Shown here piece by piece: positions 18,508-30,686 of a DNA stretch of 64,000 bases; the stretch's first letter is position 1; the number at the start of each line of letters is the position of its first letter. This DNA comes from Rhodocyclaceae bacterium. Its GTDB lineage: Bacteria > Pseudomonadota > Gammaproteobacteria > Burkholderiales > Rhodocyclaceae. The position numbers and the translations under genes are program-made. Under the pieces are notes generated by a model. That model was given only the letters and a program-made list of their open reading frames with translations. It had not been told where the DNA came from and did not search any database. Location: contig VEQD01000003.1 in the NCBI GenBank assembly GCA_018883385.1, positions 10,799-74,798 of the forward strand. Reading direction: 5' to 3'.

Positions 18508-18535
18508 GCTGGCCTCTGGTGGCTGTCGAAATAAG

Positions 18536-18560
18536 TTGAAATTGCGCCGCATGCCCCCAA
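18536..18560 (+). promoter_or_regulatory. putative sigma-32 (RpoH) promoter of lon
   Basis: TTGAAA-N13-CCCCAA vs consensus TTGAAA-N13/14-CCCCAT; lon is an established RpoH target. Confidence 0.7.
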
Positions 18561-18629
18561 CTGCCGTTCACTATCCCGCCATATCACTCATGGTGGGCAC
18601 CCCGCAGAATCGTTTCAGGAAACACCCTA

Positions 18630-21122
<2,493 letters not shown>

Positions 21123-21417
21123 TCTGTAAATAATTAACCCAAGGGGGTGGAGTGGTGTTACACTTCGCCCCGTTGTTGAATGACGCGCCGCAATAAATGC
21201 GTCGCATCAAGCGCTTAGCAACTTAAGTTGCCCAAAGCGCTGAATGGCCCGAGTGACTCGGGCCACCTATGTGCATCGCCCCCAGCCGCGCCCAAAGCTT
21301 TTGCTCAAGGGTGCACCGGACGCCGGAATGGCCGGCATCTGTCTGATGGTCGATGTTCTTTGACCACAGACCATCGCGTGAGACAGGCGCGACCGGTTTT
21401 CCTGATTGGGGATAAAA

Positions 21418-23151
21418 ATGACTGAACCAACAAATAGCTTGTTCGCGAGCATGGGCCTGGCCGCGCCTTTACTGAAGGCCATTGAAAACCTGGGCTTCAC
21501 CCAGCCAACGCCGGTGCAAGCCGAAGCCATTCCCGCCGCCCTCCAGGGCGGTGACTGGATGGTGAGCAGCCAGACGGGGAGCGGTAAGACCGCCGCCTTC
21601 CTGCTGCCGGTTCTGAACGCCATGATGGCCGGCGGCAATAATTCGCCGATCGATCTGCATCGCGTGATTGGCCCGGCGGGTCTCATCCTTTGCCCCACGC
21701 GTGAGCTGGCACAACAGGTCGCGCAGGATGCGATTGACCTACTCAAGAACAGCAAAGGCATCCGCGTGGCCACCGTGATGGGCGGTATGCCCTACGGCAA
21801 GCAAATGGCGGGCCTGCGGGGTGCGCTTTTGGTCGTTGCAACGCCGGGTCGTCTGCTCGATTTGGCGCAGCGTCGTCAGATTCATCTGGCGGATGTCAAA
21901 ACGCTCGTCGTGGATGAAGCTGACCGTATGCTGGATCTGGGCTTTGCCGAAGATCTGGAAGACATCAATCACCTGTGTCAGAAGCGTGATCAAACGTTGA
22001 TGTTCTCGGCCACGTTCGCGCCGCGCATCATGTCCTTAGCCTCCCGCCTGATGAACAAACCGGGCCGTCTGGAATTGGCCAGCGCGTCGGATCGTCATAC
22101 CCAGATTACGCAATCGCTGCACTGGGCCGACAATATGATTCATAAAGAAAAACTGCTGGATCATTACCTGCGTGATGCCGATCTGGAGCAAGCGGTGGTA
22201 TTTGCCAGCACGCAAGTCGAAACCGACCGTCTGGCCGATGCGCTGGCCGAACAAGGTCACGCGGTGGCTGCACTTCATGGCGCCATGCCGCAAAAGGTCC
22301 GTGCACATCGTCTCAAGCAGCTGCGCAGCGGACACGTCCGTGTGCTCGTAGCGACTGATGTTGCCGCACGGGGTATCGACGTACCGACCATTACGCACGT
22401 ATTCAACTTCGGTTTGCCGATGAAGGCGGAAGACTATGTGCACCGTATCGGACGAACAGGTCGTGCCGGCCGTACTGGCAAGGCCATTACTTTTGCCGAA
22501 CACCGCGATCGCATGAAGATTCGCACCATCGAAGCGCTGACCGATCAGCGTATTCCGGTGGCGGTGGTGGCCGGTCTGGAACCAAAGACGCCGGAACGCC
22601 CTGAGCGCGGTGGCTTTGCCGGTCGCGGTGAAGGCCGCGGTCGTTCGGGTGGTGGTCGTGGCGCCTTCGGTGGCCATGGTCGAAGCGGCGCGCCTGGTGG
22701 TCGTTCTGACAGTAAGCCCCGTACTTGGGGTGATGCCCCGCGTGGCGAAGCGCGCGGTGAACGCAGCGAGCGTCCTGCCCGTAGCTTTGATGAACGCCCA
22801 CGTTCGTTTGATGATCGTCCACGTAGCTTTGACGATAAACCGCGTAGCTTTGGTGAACGCAGCGAGCGTGGCGATAAGCCGCGCGCCTGGGGTGATCGCG
22901 GATCAAACGACCGACCCCGTCACGGTGCCGGTGCCGGTAAATCCTTCGGTGATCAAAAGCCGTGGGGCGACAAACCGCGTGGAGACCGTCCACGCAGCGA
23001 TCAACCGCGAAGCGATAAGCCGGCTGGCAAGTCCTTCAGCAAGCCTGGCGGCAAGACCTTTGCCAAGTCAGGCCCTAAGCCCGCGGGCAAGGTGTTTAGT
23101 AAGCACAGCGGTACGGGTGGTCATGGCGGTTTCAGCAGCCGCGGCCGCTAA
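21418..23151 (+). CDS. DEAD-box RNA helicase with RGG/charged C-terminal tail
   Basis: PTPVQ, QTGSGKT, PTRELA, TPGRL, DEAD, SAT, ARGID, HRIGRTGR. Confidence 0.95.
   Translation: MTEPTNSLFASMGLAAPLLKAIENLGFTQPTPVQAEAIPAALQGGDWMVSSQTGSGKTAAFLLPVLNAMMAGGNNSPIDLHRVIGPAGLILCPTRELAQQVAQDAIDLLKNSKGIRVATVMGGMPYGKQMAGLRGALLVVATPGRLLDLAQRRQIHLADVKTLVVDEADRMLDLGFAEDLEDINHLCQKRDQTLMFSATFAPRIMSLASRLMNKPGRLELASASDRHTQITQSLHWADNMIHKEKLLDHYLRDADLEQAVVFASTQVETDRLADALAEQGHAVAALHGAMPQKVRAHRLKQLRSGHVRVLVATDVAARGIDVPTITHVFNFGLPMKAEDYVHRIGRTGRAGRTGKAITFAEHRDRMKIRTIEALTDQRIPVAVVAGLEPKTPERPERGGFAGRGEGRGRSGGGRGAFGGHGRSGAPGGRSDSKPRTWGDAPRGEARGERSERPARSFDERPRSFDDRPRSFDDKPRSFGERSERGDKPRAWGDRGSNDRPRHGAGAGKSFGDQKPWGDKPRGDRPRSDQPRSDKPAGKSFSKPGGKTFAKSGPKPAGKVFSKHSGTGGHGGFSSRGR
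22781..22860 (+). repeat. imperfect 21-nt coding tandem repeat (RSFDE/DRP x4) in the helicase tail
   Basis: four units of cgtagctttgatgaacgccca-like sequence. Confidence 0.75.
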
Positions 23152-23181
23152 ATCAGTCTCCGTCAGCGGTTGCTGACAGCC

Positions 23182-23222
23182 ACGCCGGTTCGGTGGGAAA
23201 TCCCTGCCGTCCGGCGTTTTTT
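23182..23222 (+). terminator. rho-independent terminator after the helicase
   Basis: ACGCCGG...CCGGCGT stem followed by a T run. Confidence 0.7.
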
Positions 23223-23239
23223 CTTGGGTATTCCGCTGG

Positions 23240-23263
23240 TTGATTTGTCGCGCATTGCCCCAA
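23240..23263 (+). promoter_or_regulatory. possible sigma-32 promoter of cbpA
   Basis: TTGATT-N12-CCCCAA, weak match. Confidence 0.35.
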
Positions 23264-23307
23264 TCTGGCTACAATAAACGCAGCCAATCCACGAGAATCA
23301 ATCAGGC

Positions 23308-24342
23308 ATGAAATTCAAGGACTATTACGAGACCCTCGGCGTAGCACGGGATGCCTCCGCCGACGAGATCAAGAAGGCGTACAAAAAGCTCGCGCACAAA
23401 TACCATCCGGACATTTCTAAGGACCCGGATGGCGAGGAAAAGTTCAAAGAGGTCAATGAAGCGTACAAGACGCTCAAAGACCCCGAGCTGCGCAAGGCCT
23501 ATGACCAACTGGGGCGTCATAACCCGGGCGAACAATTCCGTCCGCCGCCGGGATGGGAGCAGTATGCTCAGGGCGCCGGCTTTACTGGTGCGCACGGCGG
23601 TGCCGGTGGCTTTGGCGGCGGTGGCTTCGGGGCAGGTGGCTTTGAAGGTGCCGGATTCGAAGATATCGATCTTTCCGAGCTGTTCGCGCAAATGGGGCGT
23701 CAGCGAAGCGCTCATGCGGGTCGTGGACATACCGGCAGCCAAAACTTTCAGGCACCGGGCCAGGACTTCGAAGTCACGGCACACATCTCATTGGACGAAG
23801 CGGCCAGAGGCACGACGCTAGCACTGAACCTGGAGATGCCTGAGTATGATGCCCAAGGTCAGCTGCACCGCGTACCGCAGGAATTCAAGGCACGGATTCC
23901 GAAGGGTGCTACCCATGGTCAAAAAATGCGTCTGCCCGGCAAAGGCGGCAAGGGTTTCAATGGTGGTCCGAACGGGGATCTGTACCTCAACATTGCCTTG
24001 CACCCGCATCCGTTATTCCGTGCCGACGGGCACGATCTCTTCCTCGACCTGCCGGTCACGCCGTGGGAGGCGGCACTGGGTGCCGAGATTGATGTGCCTA
24101 CCCTCGATAGCACGGTACGGATGAAGATCCCGGCGGGGACGCCGGCAGGACGCAAGTTACGGCTCGGTGGTCGAGGCTTACCCAAGCCTAAAGAGGGCGC
24201 GGGGGACCTGTATGTGATCGTACAGGTCGCGACACCCACCGAACTCAGCGATACCGAGAAGGCACTTTATCAGCAGCTTGCAGAGGCCTCTACCTTTAAT
24301 CCGCGCGGCCACTTTGTGGCGGAAGCGCATCGCCACGCGTGA
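23308..24342 (+). CDS. cbpA: curved-DNA-binding DnaJ-class co-chaperone
   Basis: J domain with HPD, G/F-rich linker, no Zn finger, PWEAALG, followed by cbpM. Confidence 0.9.
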   Translation: MKFKDYYETLGVARDASADEIKKAYKKLAHKYHPDISKDPDGEEKFKEVNEAYKTLKDPELRKAYDQLGRHNPGEQFRPPPGWEQYAQGAGFTGAHGGAGGFGGGGFGAGGFEGAGFEDIDLSELFAQMGRQRSAHAGRGHTGSQNFQAPGQDFEVTAHISLDEAARGTTLALNLEMPEYDAQGQLHRVPQEFKARIPKGATHGQKMRLPGKGGKGFNGGPNGDLYLNIALHPHPLFRADGHDLFLDLPVTPWEAALGAEIDVPTLDSTVRMKIPAGTPAGRKLRLGGRGLPKPKEGAGDLYVIVQVATPTELSDTEKALYQQLAEASTFNPRGHFVAEAHRHA

Positions 24343-24350
24343 GGATGACG

Positions 24351-24671
24351 ATGACTGAACACATGAGTACCCTAGAAGCGACCTGGCTGAGCGTCAGCGA
24401 ATTTACGCAGGTCGCCGGCCTGCAAAAGACAGACGTCGTATCGCTCGTTGAAGTCGGTGTTCTTAAGCCCATGGGTCAATCATTGGGAGACTGGACTTTC
24501 GACAATCAAGCCATGGTTTTGGCACGCCGTCTGCGTCGTATTCGCGAAGATCTAGAACTGGACCTGGATGTGCATGCGTTGGCACTCGGCTTCCGCTTGC
24601 TAGAACGTATCAGCGAACTGGAGTCGGCCCTGAATCGCGCCCAGGTCGCGCAGCTGCAGGATCGTGGCTGA
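24351..24671 (+). CDS. cbpM: chaperone modulator CbpM
   Basis: MerR-like LVEVGVLKP...W.F...RLRRIREDLELD; directly after cbpA; start 24339/24345/24351 uncertain. Confidence 0.85.
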   Translation: MTEHMSTLEATWLSVSEFTQVAGLQKTDVVSLVEVGVLKPMGQSLGDWTFDNQAMVLARRLRRIREDLELDLDVHALALGFRLLERISELESALNRAQVAQLQDRG

Positions 24672-24698
24672 TTCTGGTAGAATAATGCCCACAGCAGG

Positions 24699-24774
24699 GG
24701 GTTGTTAGCTCAGTTGGTAGAGCGTCTGCCTTACACGCAGAATGTCGGCGGTTCGAGCCCGTCACAACCCACCA
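24699..24774 (+). tRNA. tRNA-Val (anticodon TAC)
   Basis: GGGTTGT/ACAACCC acceptor stem, AGCTCAGTTGGTAGAGC D-arm, TCTGC-CTTACAC-GCAGA anticodon arm, GTTCGA T-loop, encoded CCA; 76 nt. Confidence 0.98.
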
Positions 24775-24787
24775 TCCTGATGTCATT

Positions 24788-24810
24788 AACCCGCCTTTGG
24801 CGGGTTTTTT
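24788..24810 (+). terminator. terminator after tRNA-Val
   Basis: AACCCGCC-TTT-GGCGGGTT followed by a T run. Confidence 0.85.
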
Positions 24811-24892
24811 GTTGTTTCGCGGTTCCGTGCGATTGAGTGGCATCAGATGCCGATGTTATGCTTAATGCTCGCTCTTTTACGAAAGCCATACC

Positions 24893-25354
24893 ATGACATC
24901 CAAGCAATCCATTAAATCCCTGAGCTACCTATGTGCTGTGTTGGCGAGTACCAGTATTTTTGCCGCACCCGCACATGGCAATTACGAGGGTGTCGAAGCA
25001 ACACCAGTGCCATTGTTGGGTGGCGATAAAACTATTCTCGAGCAGACCTACGCCTACCCGACAGGTGCGCCACTGATCAAATCTTATAACGTGACCATTG
25101 GTGCAGGAAAAGCGACCGACGTGCACGCCCACAGCATACCGGTGCTGGTTTATATGGTTTCGGGCCAGATGGAAGTGGATTACGGTTCAAAGGGCAAACG
25201 CACGATCAAGGGTGGTGAATCTTACGTTGAAGCAATCAACTGGTGTCACCAGGCGCGCACAGTGGGTAACAAACCGGTCAAGATTCTGGTCTCTTACCTG
25301 GGGCAGGCCGATGCAGACAACATGAAGCCAACCGTCTGTGCCAAACTCGAGTAG
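24893..25354 (+). CDS. exported cupin-domain protein
   Basis: signal peptide; cupin motifs HAHSIP..YMVSG and EAINWCHQARTVG. Confidence 0.85.
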   Translation: MTSKQSIKSLSYLCAVLASTSIFAAPAHGNYEGVEATPVPLLGGDKTILEQTYAYPTGAPLIKSYNVTIGAGKATDVHAHSIPVLVYMVSGQMEVDYGSKGKRTIKGGESYVEAINWCHQARTVGNKPVKILVSYLGQADADNMKPTVCAKLE

Positions 25355-25377
25355 TGGGGAGCGGTCGTGATCACCTG

Positions 25378-25402
25378 AAAACCCGCCGCACGGCGGGTTT
25401 TT
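25378..25402. terminator. bidirectional terminator
   Basis: AAAACCCGCC-GCAC-GGCGGGTTTT between convergent genes. Confidence 0.85.
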
Positions 25403-25404
25403 CG

Positions 25405-26625
25405 TCAGGTGGCTTTAACCCCAGGTTCTTTGATCGGCAGATTCACTAGCGCTGCCAGCGCTGCCAGTGCCATGTCAGCGACCCACATGGCGTCCAGATT
25501 GCCGTATGCCGCCATGGCCAGACCACCCAGATAGGCCCCAAAGAAGGCGCCGACCTGATGCGAGAGCATCGAGATGCCAAACAGCGTGGCCAGGTAGCGC
25601 AGACTAAAGAGTTTGCCGACGATGGCCGCAGTCGGTGGCACGGTGGCGAGCCAGGTGAAACCCAGACCAGCCGCAAAGAGATAATAGATCCACTCGCTCT
25701 TGGGGAGCAGGAGGTAGCCAAGAATCAATAGGGCGCGGCTGCTGTACATGATAGCCAGAATGTTCTTGCTGCGGTAACGGGCAACACATTGACCGGCATA
25801 CAGACTACCGAAGATATTGCTCAGCCCAATAATGGCCAGCGACCAACTGGCCACGCTGGCAGGGAGGCCGCATAGGCTGATTTCGCCCGGTAGGTGGGTG
25901 ACCAGAAAAGCGATATGGAAGCCGCACGTGAAGAAGCCGAGATTGAGCAGAAAGTAGTTCGGGTTGCCGAGCGCGCCGCAAACTGTCTTGCCGAAGGGGT
26001 CACTCTCCGACAGATTTTGCGGGTGGACGTGAATCGATTTTGCAGCGGTTAAGCGTTTGATCAGGGGAAGGGCGCTGAGTGCAATGATCGCCATTGCCCA
26101 AAGCGAACCCACCCAACCGATCGCCTGGATGAGGCCCTGAAAGATTGGTGCACCAATGAACTGGCCGAATGAGCCCCCGGCATTGATGAGGCCGGAAGCG
26201 GGGCCGCGTGCCTCGACTGGGATACGTTGGGCCGTCGCCCCGATGAGCACCGAGAAGCCCCCGAAGCCGGCACCAATTGAAATGAGGATGCCAAGGCTAA
26301 TGATGAGTCCGAAGTCAGACAACATGTACGGTGTGGTCGCACACCCCAGCGCGAGCAACAAAAGCCCGACGATCAGTACTTTTTCAGGGCCATAACGATC
26401 CGAGAGAAAGCCCGCAAAAGGTTGTGCCAGCCCCCAGCAGAATTGGCCAATGGCCAGCGCCAGGCTGATCGCAACAATGCCAATCTCACTCCCTGAATTG
26501 ATCGGCGCTACAAAGAGTCCCAGTGACTGACGCGTTCCCATCGTCACCGCCAGAATGCCGGCGGCAGCCAGTGTTACGCTCATGGCGTTCGGGGCAGCGA
26601 GCGCTTTTTGAATGTTGCCTAACAA
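25405..26625 (-). CDS. MFS transporter
   Basis: GFLSDRYG motif A, GFFTCGFHIAF, HQVGAFFGAYLGG; about 12 TM segments. Confidence 0.92.
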   Translation of the reverse strand: MLGNIQKALAAPNAMSVTLAAAGILAVTMGTRQSLGLFVAPINSGSEIGIVAISLALAIGQFCWGLAQPFAGFLSDRYGPEKVLIVGLLLLALGCATTPYMLSDFGLIISLGILISIGAGFGGFSVLIGATAQRIPVEARGPASGLINAGGSFGQFIGAPIFQGLIQAIGWVGSLWAMAIIALSALPLIKRLTAAKSIHVHPQNLSESDPFGKTVCGALGNPNYFLLNLGFFTCGFHIAFLVTHLPGEISLCGLPASVASWSLAIIGLSNIFGSLYAGQCVARYRSKNILAIMYSSRALLILGYLLLPKSEWIYYLFAAGLGFTWLATVPPTAAIVGKLFSLRYLATLFGISMLSHQVGAFFGAYLGGLAMAAYGNLDAMWVADMALAALAALVNLPIKEPGVKAT

Positions 26626-26667
26626 GATCGGTGTTTCCGGAGGTCGGGTTGAGCGATAGCAGATGAA

Positions 26668-27855
26668 TCAGGTGAGAGATGCCGGTGGTTTTCGCCAGAG
26701 GGGTGCCAGGGCCCAAAGCGCCAACACGGGGCCAGGAAGGAGTAGCCAAGCGATGGTCATGCCCATGATGCCAACGAGCGCGGTCCCGAGCTGAATCGAA
26801 ATCATGCCGATACTGAATCCGATCGCGGTTTGCAAGGCCAGGGCGCTACCGACAATTTCTGGCGGTGCTGCCTTGGCGGACAGTGCCGAGAACTGCGGTG
26901 AGTCTGCAACAACGCTGGCTCCCCAGAAAAGCAACAAGGCTAGGAGCCAGGTGGGTTGATCAAGCGGGATCCAGGGAAACAGAGCACAACTGGCCGCAGA
27001 GCCCATCAAGGCAAAAGCGGCGACCCGAGCGCTACCGAAGCGTTGGCTGAGTTGTCCACCCAGCATGCAGCTGAGTGTGCCAATGCCCACCACCAAAAAG
27101 GCAATGCCGGAAAGCGTTGGTGTATTGGGTTGGGCGAGGTTGCTCACTATCAGAAGGGCTGGCACGAGCGTCCAGAATGCATAGACCTCCCACATATGAC
27201 CAAAATAAGCGAGGGCGGATGCGCGAAATTGCGGAATCGTGAAGGCCGTCAGCACCCGGCCAAGCCGAATTGGAGAGGCACCAGACTTGCGTTTGAGATA
27301 GGGCCCATCACCCAGTGTCCAGATCATGGCGGCAGCGATCACGGCCAACAACGTGGAGACCAGAATGGTTGCCTGCCAGGGCCAATCGGCACCCAGCATC
27401 CGAATGCCGTGGGGAAGCGCCGTGCCCAGGGTCAACATGCCAAGCAGTTGCGCCAGGACATGACCGGCCCGATCAGGGTCCCAGCTGACCACCATCTTCA
27501 TGCCAAGTGGATAAACACCCGCCAGAGAAAAACCCACCGCAAATCGTAAAATTAAGCCACTGGCAAGACCATCGGCACTGAGTGCGAAGAGGGCGTTGAA
27601 TAGTGCGCCAAAGAGTGCCGAAACAGTAAATATGCGGCTGGCTTGAAAGCGGTCAGCAAGACCGGTCAGGGAAAAGGTCAGCGTGCCGACGATAAAGCCG
27701 AGTTGAACCGCGTTAGTGAGCAGCCCGATATCGGCCTCGGTAATGCCCCAGCTTTGCATGAGGTTGCCGGCTGCACCATTGGCGGAAAACCAGAGTGAGG
27801 TGCCAAAAAGCTGGGCGATGACAATGACCGCAATGGGTGAGTGAGCTAGACGCAT
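26668..27855 (-). CDS. MFS transporter
   Basis: GTSLWFSAN, AVQLGF, GLADRF, YFGHMWEVYAFW, ADSPQFSA. Confidence 0.92.
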   Translation of the reverse strand: MRLAHSPIAVIVIAQLFGTSLWFSANGAAGNLMQSWGITEADIGLLTNAVQLGFIVGTLTFSLTGLADRFQASRIFTVSALFGALFNALFALSADGLASGLILRFAVGFSLAGVYPLGMKMVVSWDPDRAGHVLAQLLGMLTLGTALPHGIRMLGADWPWQATILVSTLLAVIAAAMIWTLGDGPYLKRKSGASPIRLGRVLTAFTIPQFRASALAYFGHMWEVYAFWTLVPALLIVSNLAQPNTPTLSGIAFLVVGIGTLSCMLGGQLSQRFGSARVAAFALMGSAASCALFPWIPLDQPTWLLALLLFWGASVVADSPQFSALSAKAAPPEIVGSALALQTAIGFSIGMISIQLGTALVGIMGMTIAWLLLPGPVLALWALAPLWRKPPASLT

Positions 27856-28090
27856 GTGCGCATCCTACCTGAAGCCATTTTTGGTGCGCAGGGCGGGTTC
27901 TTGAAATTTTTAGGACGGAGCGTCGACACCACCAGCGACGAATGCTGGCGACGTCCATGGCCACGGGCTTTTGTGCCCTGCGTATTTACAAAACCAGCGT
28001 TTCGTTGCAGAGTCCACAGTAAGTCGCTGTAATTACGGCGGCAAATACAGATAGATAACAGTCTTAGAGACGTCACCGGGAGACAGAAGT

Positions 28091-28828
28091 ATGAGCAAGC
28101 GTGTTGCCTATGTAACAGGTGGTATGGGGGGGATTGGTACCTCGATTTGTCAGCGCCTCGCCAAGGACGGCTTCACAGTCGTTGCTGGTTGCGGACCGAA
28201 CTCGCCGCGTAAAGATAAGTGGCTGGCTGACCAAAAGGCTCAGGGTTATGACTTTATTGCCTCCGAAGGTAACGTGGCCGACTGGGACAGCACCGTCGCC
28301 GCCTTTGAAAAGGTCAAGAAAGAAGTTGGCGAGGTCGACGTTCTGGTCAACAACGCCGGTATCACCCGTGATGGCATGTTCCGCAAGATGACGCGTGAAG
28401 CTTGGGACGCCGTGATCGATACCAACCTGAACTCGATGTTCAACGTCACCAAGCAGGTGGTGGATGGGATGATCGACCGCAACTGGGGTCGTATCATCAA
28501 CATCTCTTCGGTGAATGGTCAAAAGGGTCAGATGGGTCAGGTCAACTACTCGACCGCTAAGGCCGGTATGCACGGCTTTACCATGGCGCTGGCTCAGGAA
28601 GTTGCCAGCAAGGGCGTGACGGTTAATACCGTGTCGCCGGGCTACATCGGCACCGATATGGTCAAGGCCATTCGTGAAGATGTGCTCGAGAAGATCATCG
28701 CCGGCGTGCCGGTGAAGCGTCTGGGAACGCCGGAAGAAATCGCCTCGATCGTTTCGTGGCTTGCCGGTCCAGATGGCAGCTTCTCGACGGGTGCCGACTT
28801 CTCGCTGAACGGCGGTATCCACATGTAA
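28091..28828 (+). CDS. phaB: acetoacetyl-CoA reductase (PHA synthesis)
   Basis: TGGMGGIG, NNAGITRD, SSVNGQKGQ.GQ.NYSTAK, GADFSLNGG. Confidence 0.95.
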   Translation: MSKRVAYVTGGMGGIGTSICQRLAKDGFTVVAGCGPNSPRKDKWLADQKAQGYDFIASEGNVADWDSTVAAFEKVKKEVGEVDVLVNNAGITRDGMFRKMTREAWDAVIDTNLNSMFNVTKQVVDGMIDRNWGRIINISSVNGQKGQMGQVNYSTAKAGMHGFTMALAQEVASKGVTVNTVSPGYIGTDMVKAIREDVLEKIIAGVPVKRLGTPEEIASIVSWLAGPDGSFSTGADFSLNGGIHM

Positions 28829-28848
28829 TCGGTTTTTTCCGATCACGT

Positions 28849-28874
28849 AAAAACGGCGCTTCGGCGCCGTTTTT
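28849..28874. terminator. bidirectional terminator
   Basis: AAAAACGGCGC-TTCG-GCGCCGTTTTT. Confidence 0.88.
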
Positions 28875-28877
28875 ATT

Positions 28878-29303
28878 TCAGAGTTTACGCAACCGTTCCT
28901 GATAAGCCTCAGTATCGAAAATGCCGCCCGGCTGCTGTGCATGCCAGACGGTTTCGCCCAGACATTCGAGCAGACGATGCAAGGCTTCATGCGCGTCACC
29001 GAGTTTGGCCGCCTGCTGTTCAAAGATGGCGCGGATGCCCGGGGGGGAATCCACAGAAAGCTGTTCCAGCAGCGCCATGTGGAGCGACAAGTGCAGCATC
29101 GGGTTCATGGTGCCCTGTTCGGGCGTCCATTCACCGGCGAGTGCCGCTTCAGGATCATCGAGTAAGGCATGATATTCCGGATGCAGCGCGATGACGTCCG
29201 CAGCAATGGCTTCGGCGCCGTCAAGGGGTAAACGTTCCCGCTGTTTGCGACGTGTTTCGCAGAAGAACTGACGAACTTGATCTTTGGTCGGTGTAAAAAT
29301 CAT
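28878..29303 (-). CDS. DUF1841 family protein
   Basis: QVRQFF, HPEYH, NPMLHLSLH, HEALH..LECLGE; usual position after nth in betaproteobacteria. Confidence 0.85.
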   Translation of the reverse strand: MIFTPTKDQVRQFFCETRRKQRERLPLDGAEAIAADVIALHPEYHALLDDPEAALAGEWTPEQGTMNPMLHLSLHMALLEQLSVDSPPGIRAIFEQQAAKLGDAHEALHRLLECLGETVWHAQQPGGIFDTEAYQERLRKL

Positions 29304-29312
29304 GACGGTATT

Positions 29313-29972
29313 TTACTGCCGTGCGGTGAGTTTCTTGAGCGCGGCTTTGGCTTGCGGTGCGCGACACAGATCGACAACGGGGCAGCGTTCACATTCGGGA
29401 TTTCGTGCCTTGCAGACATAGCGTCCGAGCAGAATCAGCCAGTGGTGAGCATCGTGGAGAAATTCTGCGGGCACAGCCTTGAGGAGTTTCTGTTCGACGG
29501 CCAACGGCGTTTTTCCGGGCGCGAGACCCGTGCGGTTTGAGACACGGAAAATGTGCGTATCAACCGCCATGGTGGGGTGGCCAAAGGCGGTGTTGAGCAC
29601 GACGTTGGCGGTTTTACGGCCGACCCCGGGCAGCGCTTCGAGTGCGCCGCGATCTTCGGGAACTGCACCATCATAGTTATCCCGCAGAATTTGGCAGGTG
29701 GCGATGATGTTTTTTGCCTTGGTTGGGTAAAGACCAATGGTTTTGATATAGGGCACCAGACCTTCAACCTGGAGTGCAGCCATGGACCCCGCATCGGGGG
29801 CGTCTCTGAATAGCTGGCGGGTTGCCAGATTGACGCCTTTGTCGGTGGCTTGCGCCGACAGGATGACCGCGATCAGTAGTTGGAAAGTCGACCCGTATTC
29901 GAGTTCCGTTGTCGGATGCGGGTTAGCCGTCTGCAAGCGGCTAAAGAACTCGACGCGTTGCGCCTTGTTCAT
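29313..29972 (-). CDS. nth: endonuclease III
   Basis: LSAQATD, LPGVGRKTANV HhH, C-X6-C-X2-C-X5-C Fe-S motif. Confidence 0.97.
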   Translation of the reverse strand: MNKAQRVEFFSRLQTANPHPTTELEYGSTFQLLIAVILSAQATDKGVNLATRQLFRDAPDAGSMAALQVEGLVPYIKTIGLYPTKAKNIIATCQILRDNYDGAVPEDRGALEALPGVGRKTANVVLNTAFGHPTMAVDTHIFRVSNRTGLAPGKTPLAVEQKLLKAVPAEFLHDAHHWLILLGRYVCKARNPECERCPVVDLCRAPQAKAALKKLTARQ

Positions 29973-29986
29973 TGCGTGCCAATGGC

Positions 29987-30676
29987 TTAGTGGCTTCCGG
30001 CTGCGCCGACCGGTGCAGGCTGATTCAGGTTAGCCGCTGCTTGTCGGGCATCGATCCAGTTTTTGGCGGCGATCATGCAGCCCAGTACGATGAACGCACC
30101 TGGTGGTAAAACGGCGAGCAGTAACCCGGGGTAATCTGCAGGCATAAGGTGCAGCGGTTGTGCTCCGGCAATCACGAGATCAATGCCACTGAATAGGGTG
30201 CCGCTGCCAATGACTTCACGGAGCGCACCAATGAGCGCGAGTGTCCAGAGCATGCCGACGCCCATCATGGCGCCATCGCTTGCGGCCTGGACGGGTGGGT
30301 GTTTCGCGGCGAAGGCTTCAATGCGCGCCAGCACAATACAGTTCGTAATGATGAGTGGAATAAAAATACCCAGCACAACATAAAGACCATGCAGGTAGGC
30401 GTTCATGAGTAGATCGACGACGGTCACCAGTGCGGCGGCGATCAGGATAAAGACCGGAATGCGAATTTCATAAGGAATGAAGTGGCGCAGACTCGAGACT
30501 GCAAAGTTCGAGAGCGCCATCACCAGGAGCGTCGCTAGGGAAAGCATCACACCGTTGACCAGGTTGGTTGTGACCGCCAGCAGCGGGCAAAGCCCGAGAA
30601 TCTGAACGAGACTGGTGTTCTGCTTCCAGACGCCTTTATAAGCAATGTCCTTGAATTCGTCACGGGTGATCCACAT
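29987..30676 (-). CDS. rnfE: Rnf/Rsx electron transport complex subunit E
   Basis: LGLCPLLAVT, IFIPLIITNC, LPPGAF; start ATG 30676. Confidence 0.95.
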   Translation of the reverse strand: MWITRDEFKDIAYKGVWKQNTSLVQILGLCPLLAVTTNLVNGVMLSLATLLVMALSNFAVSSLRHFIPYEIRIPVFILIAAALVTVVDLLMNAYLHGLYVVLGIFIPLIITNCIVLARIEAFAAKHPPVQAASDGAMMGVGMLWTLALIGALREVIGSGTLFSGIDLVIAGAQPLHLMPADYPGLLLAVLPPGAFIVLGCMIAAKNWIDARQAAANLNQPAPVGAAGSH

Positions 30677-30686
30677 GGACTTCTCC

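Noticed and set aside
24699-27855. Genomic island integrated at tRNA-Val (cupin plus two MFS genes)
   Set aside because: No integrase and no duplicated tRNA 3' end seen downstream
27961-27982. Minus-strand GGGCACAAAAGCCCG resembling the 3' end of a ykkC/guanidine-I riboswitch upstream of MFS genes
   Set aside because: The conserved 5' elements (CUAGGGUUCCG, CUGGUCCGAG) are absent upstream, so the family call is unsupported
28073-29023. 316-aa antisense ORF over phaB, and similar long shadow ORFs (15439-16233, 20406-21119, 34062-34871, 39355-40524, 49485-50567, 56532-57419)
   Set aside because: They lie opposite well-supported conserved genes, lack motifs, and are expected from biased codon usage in GC-rich genes
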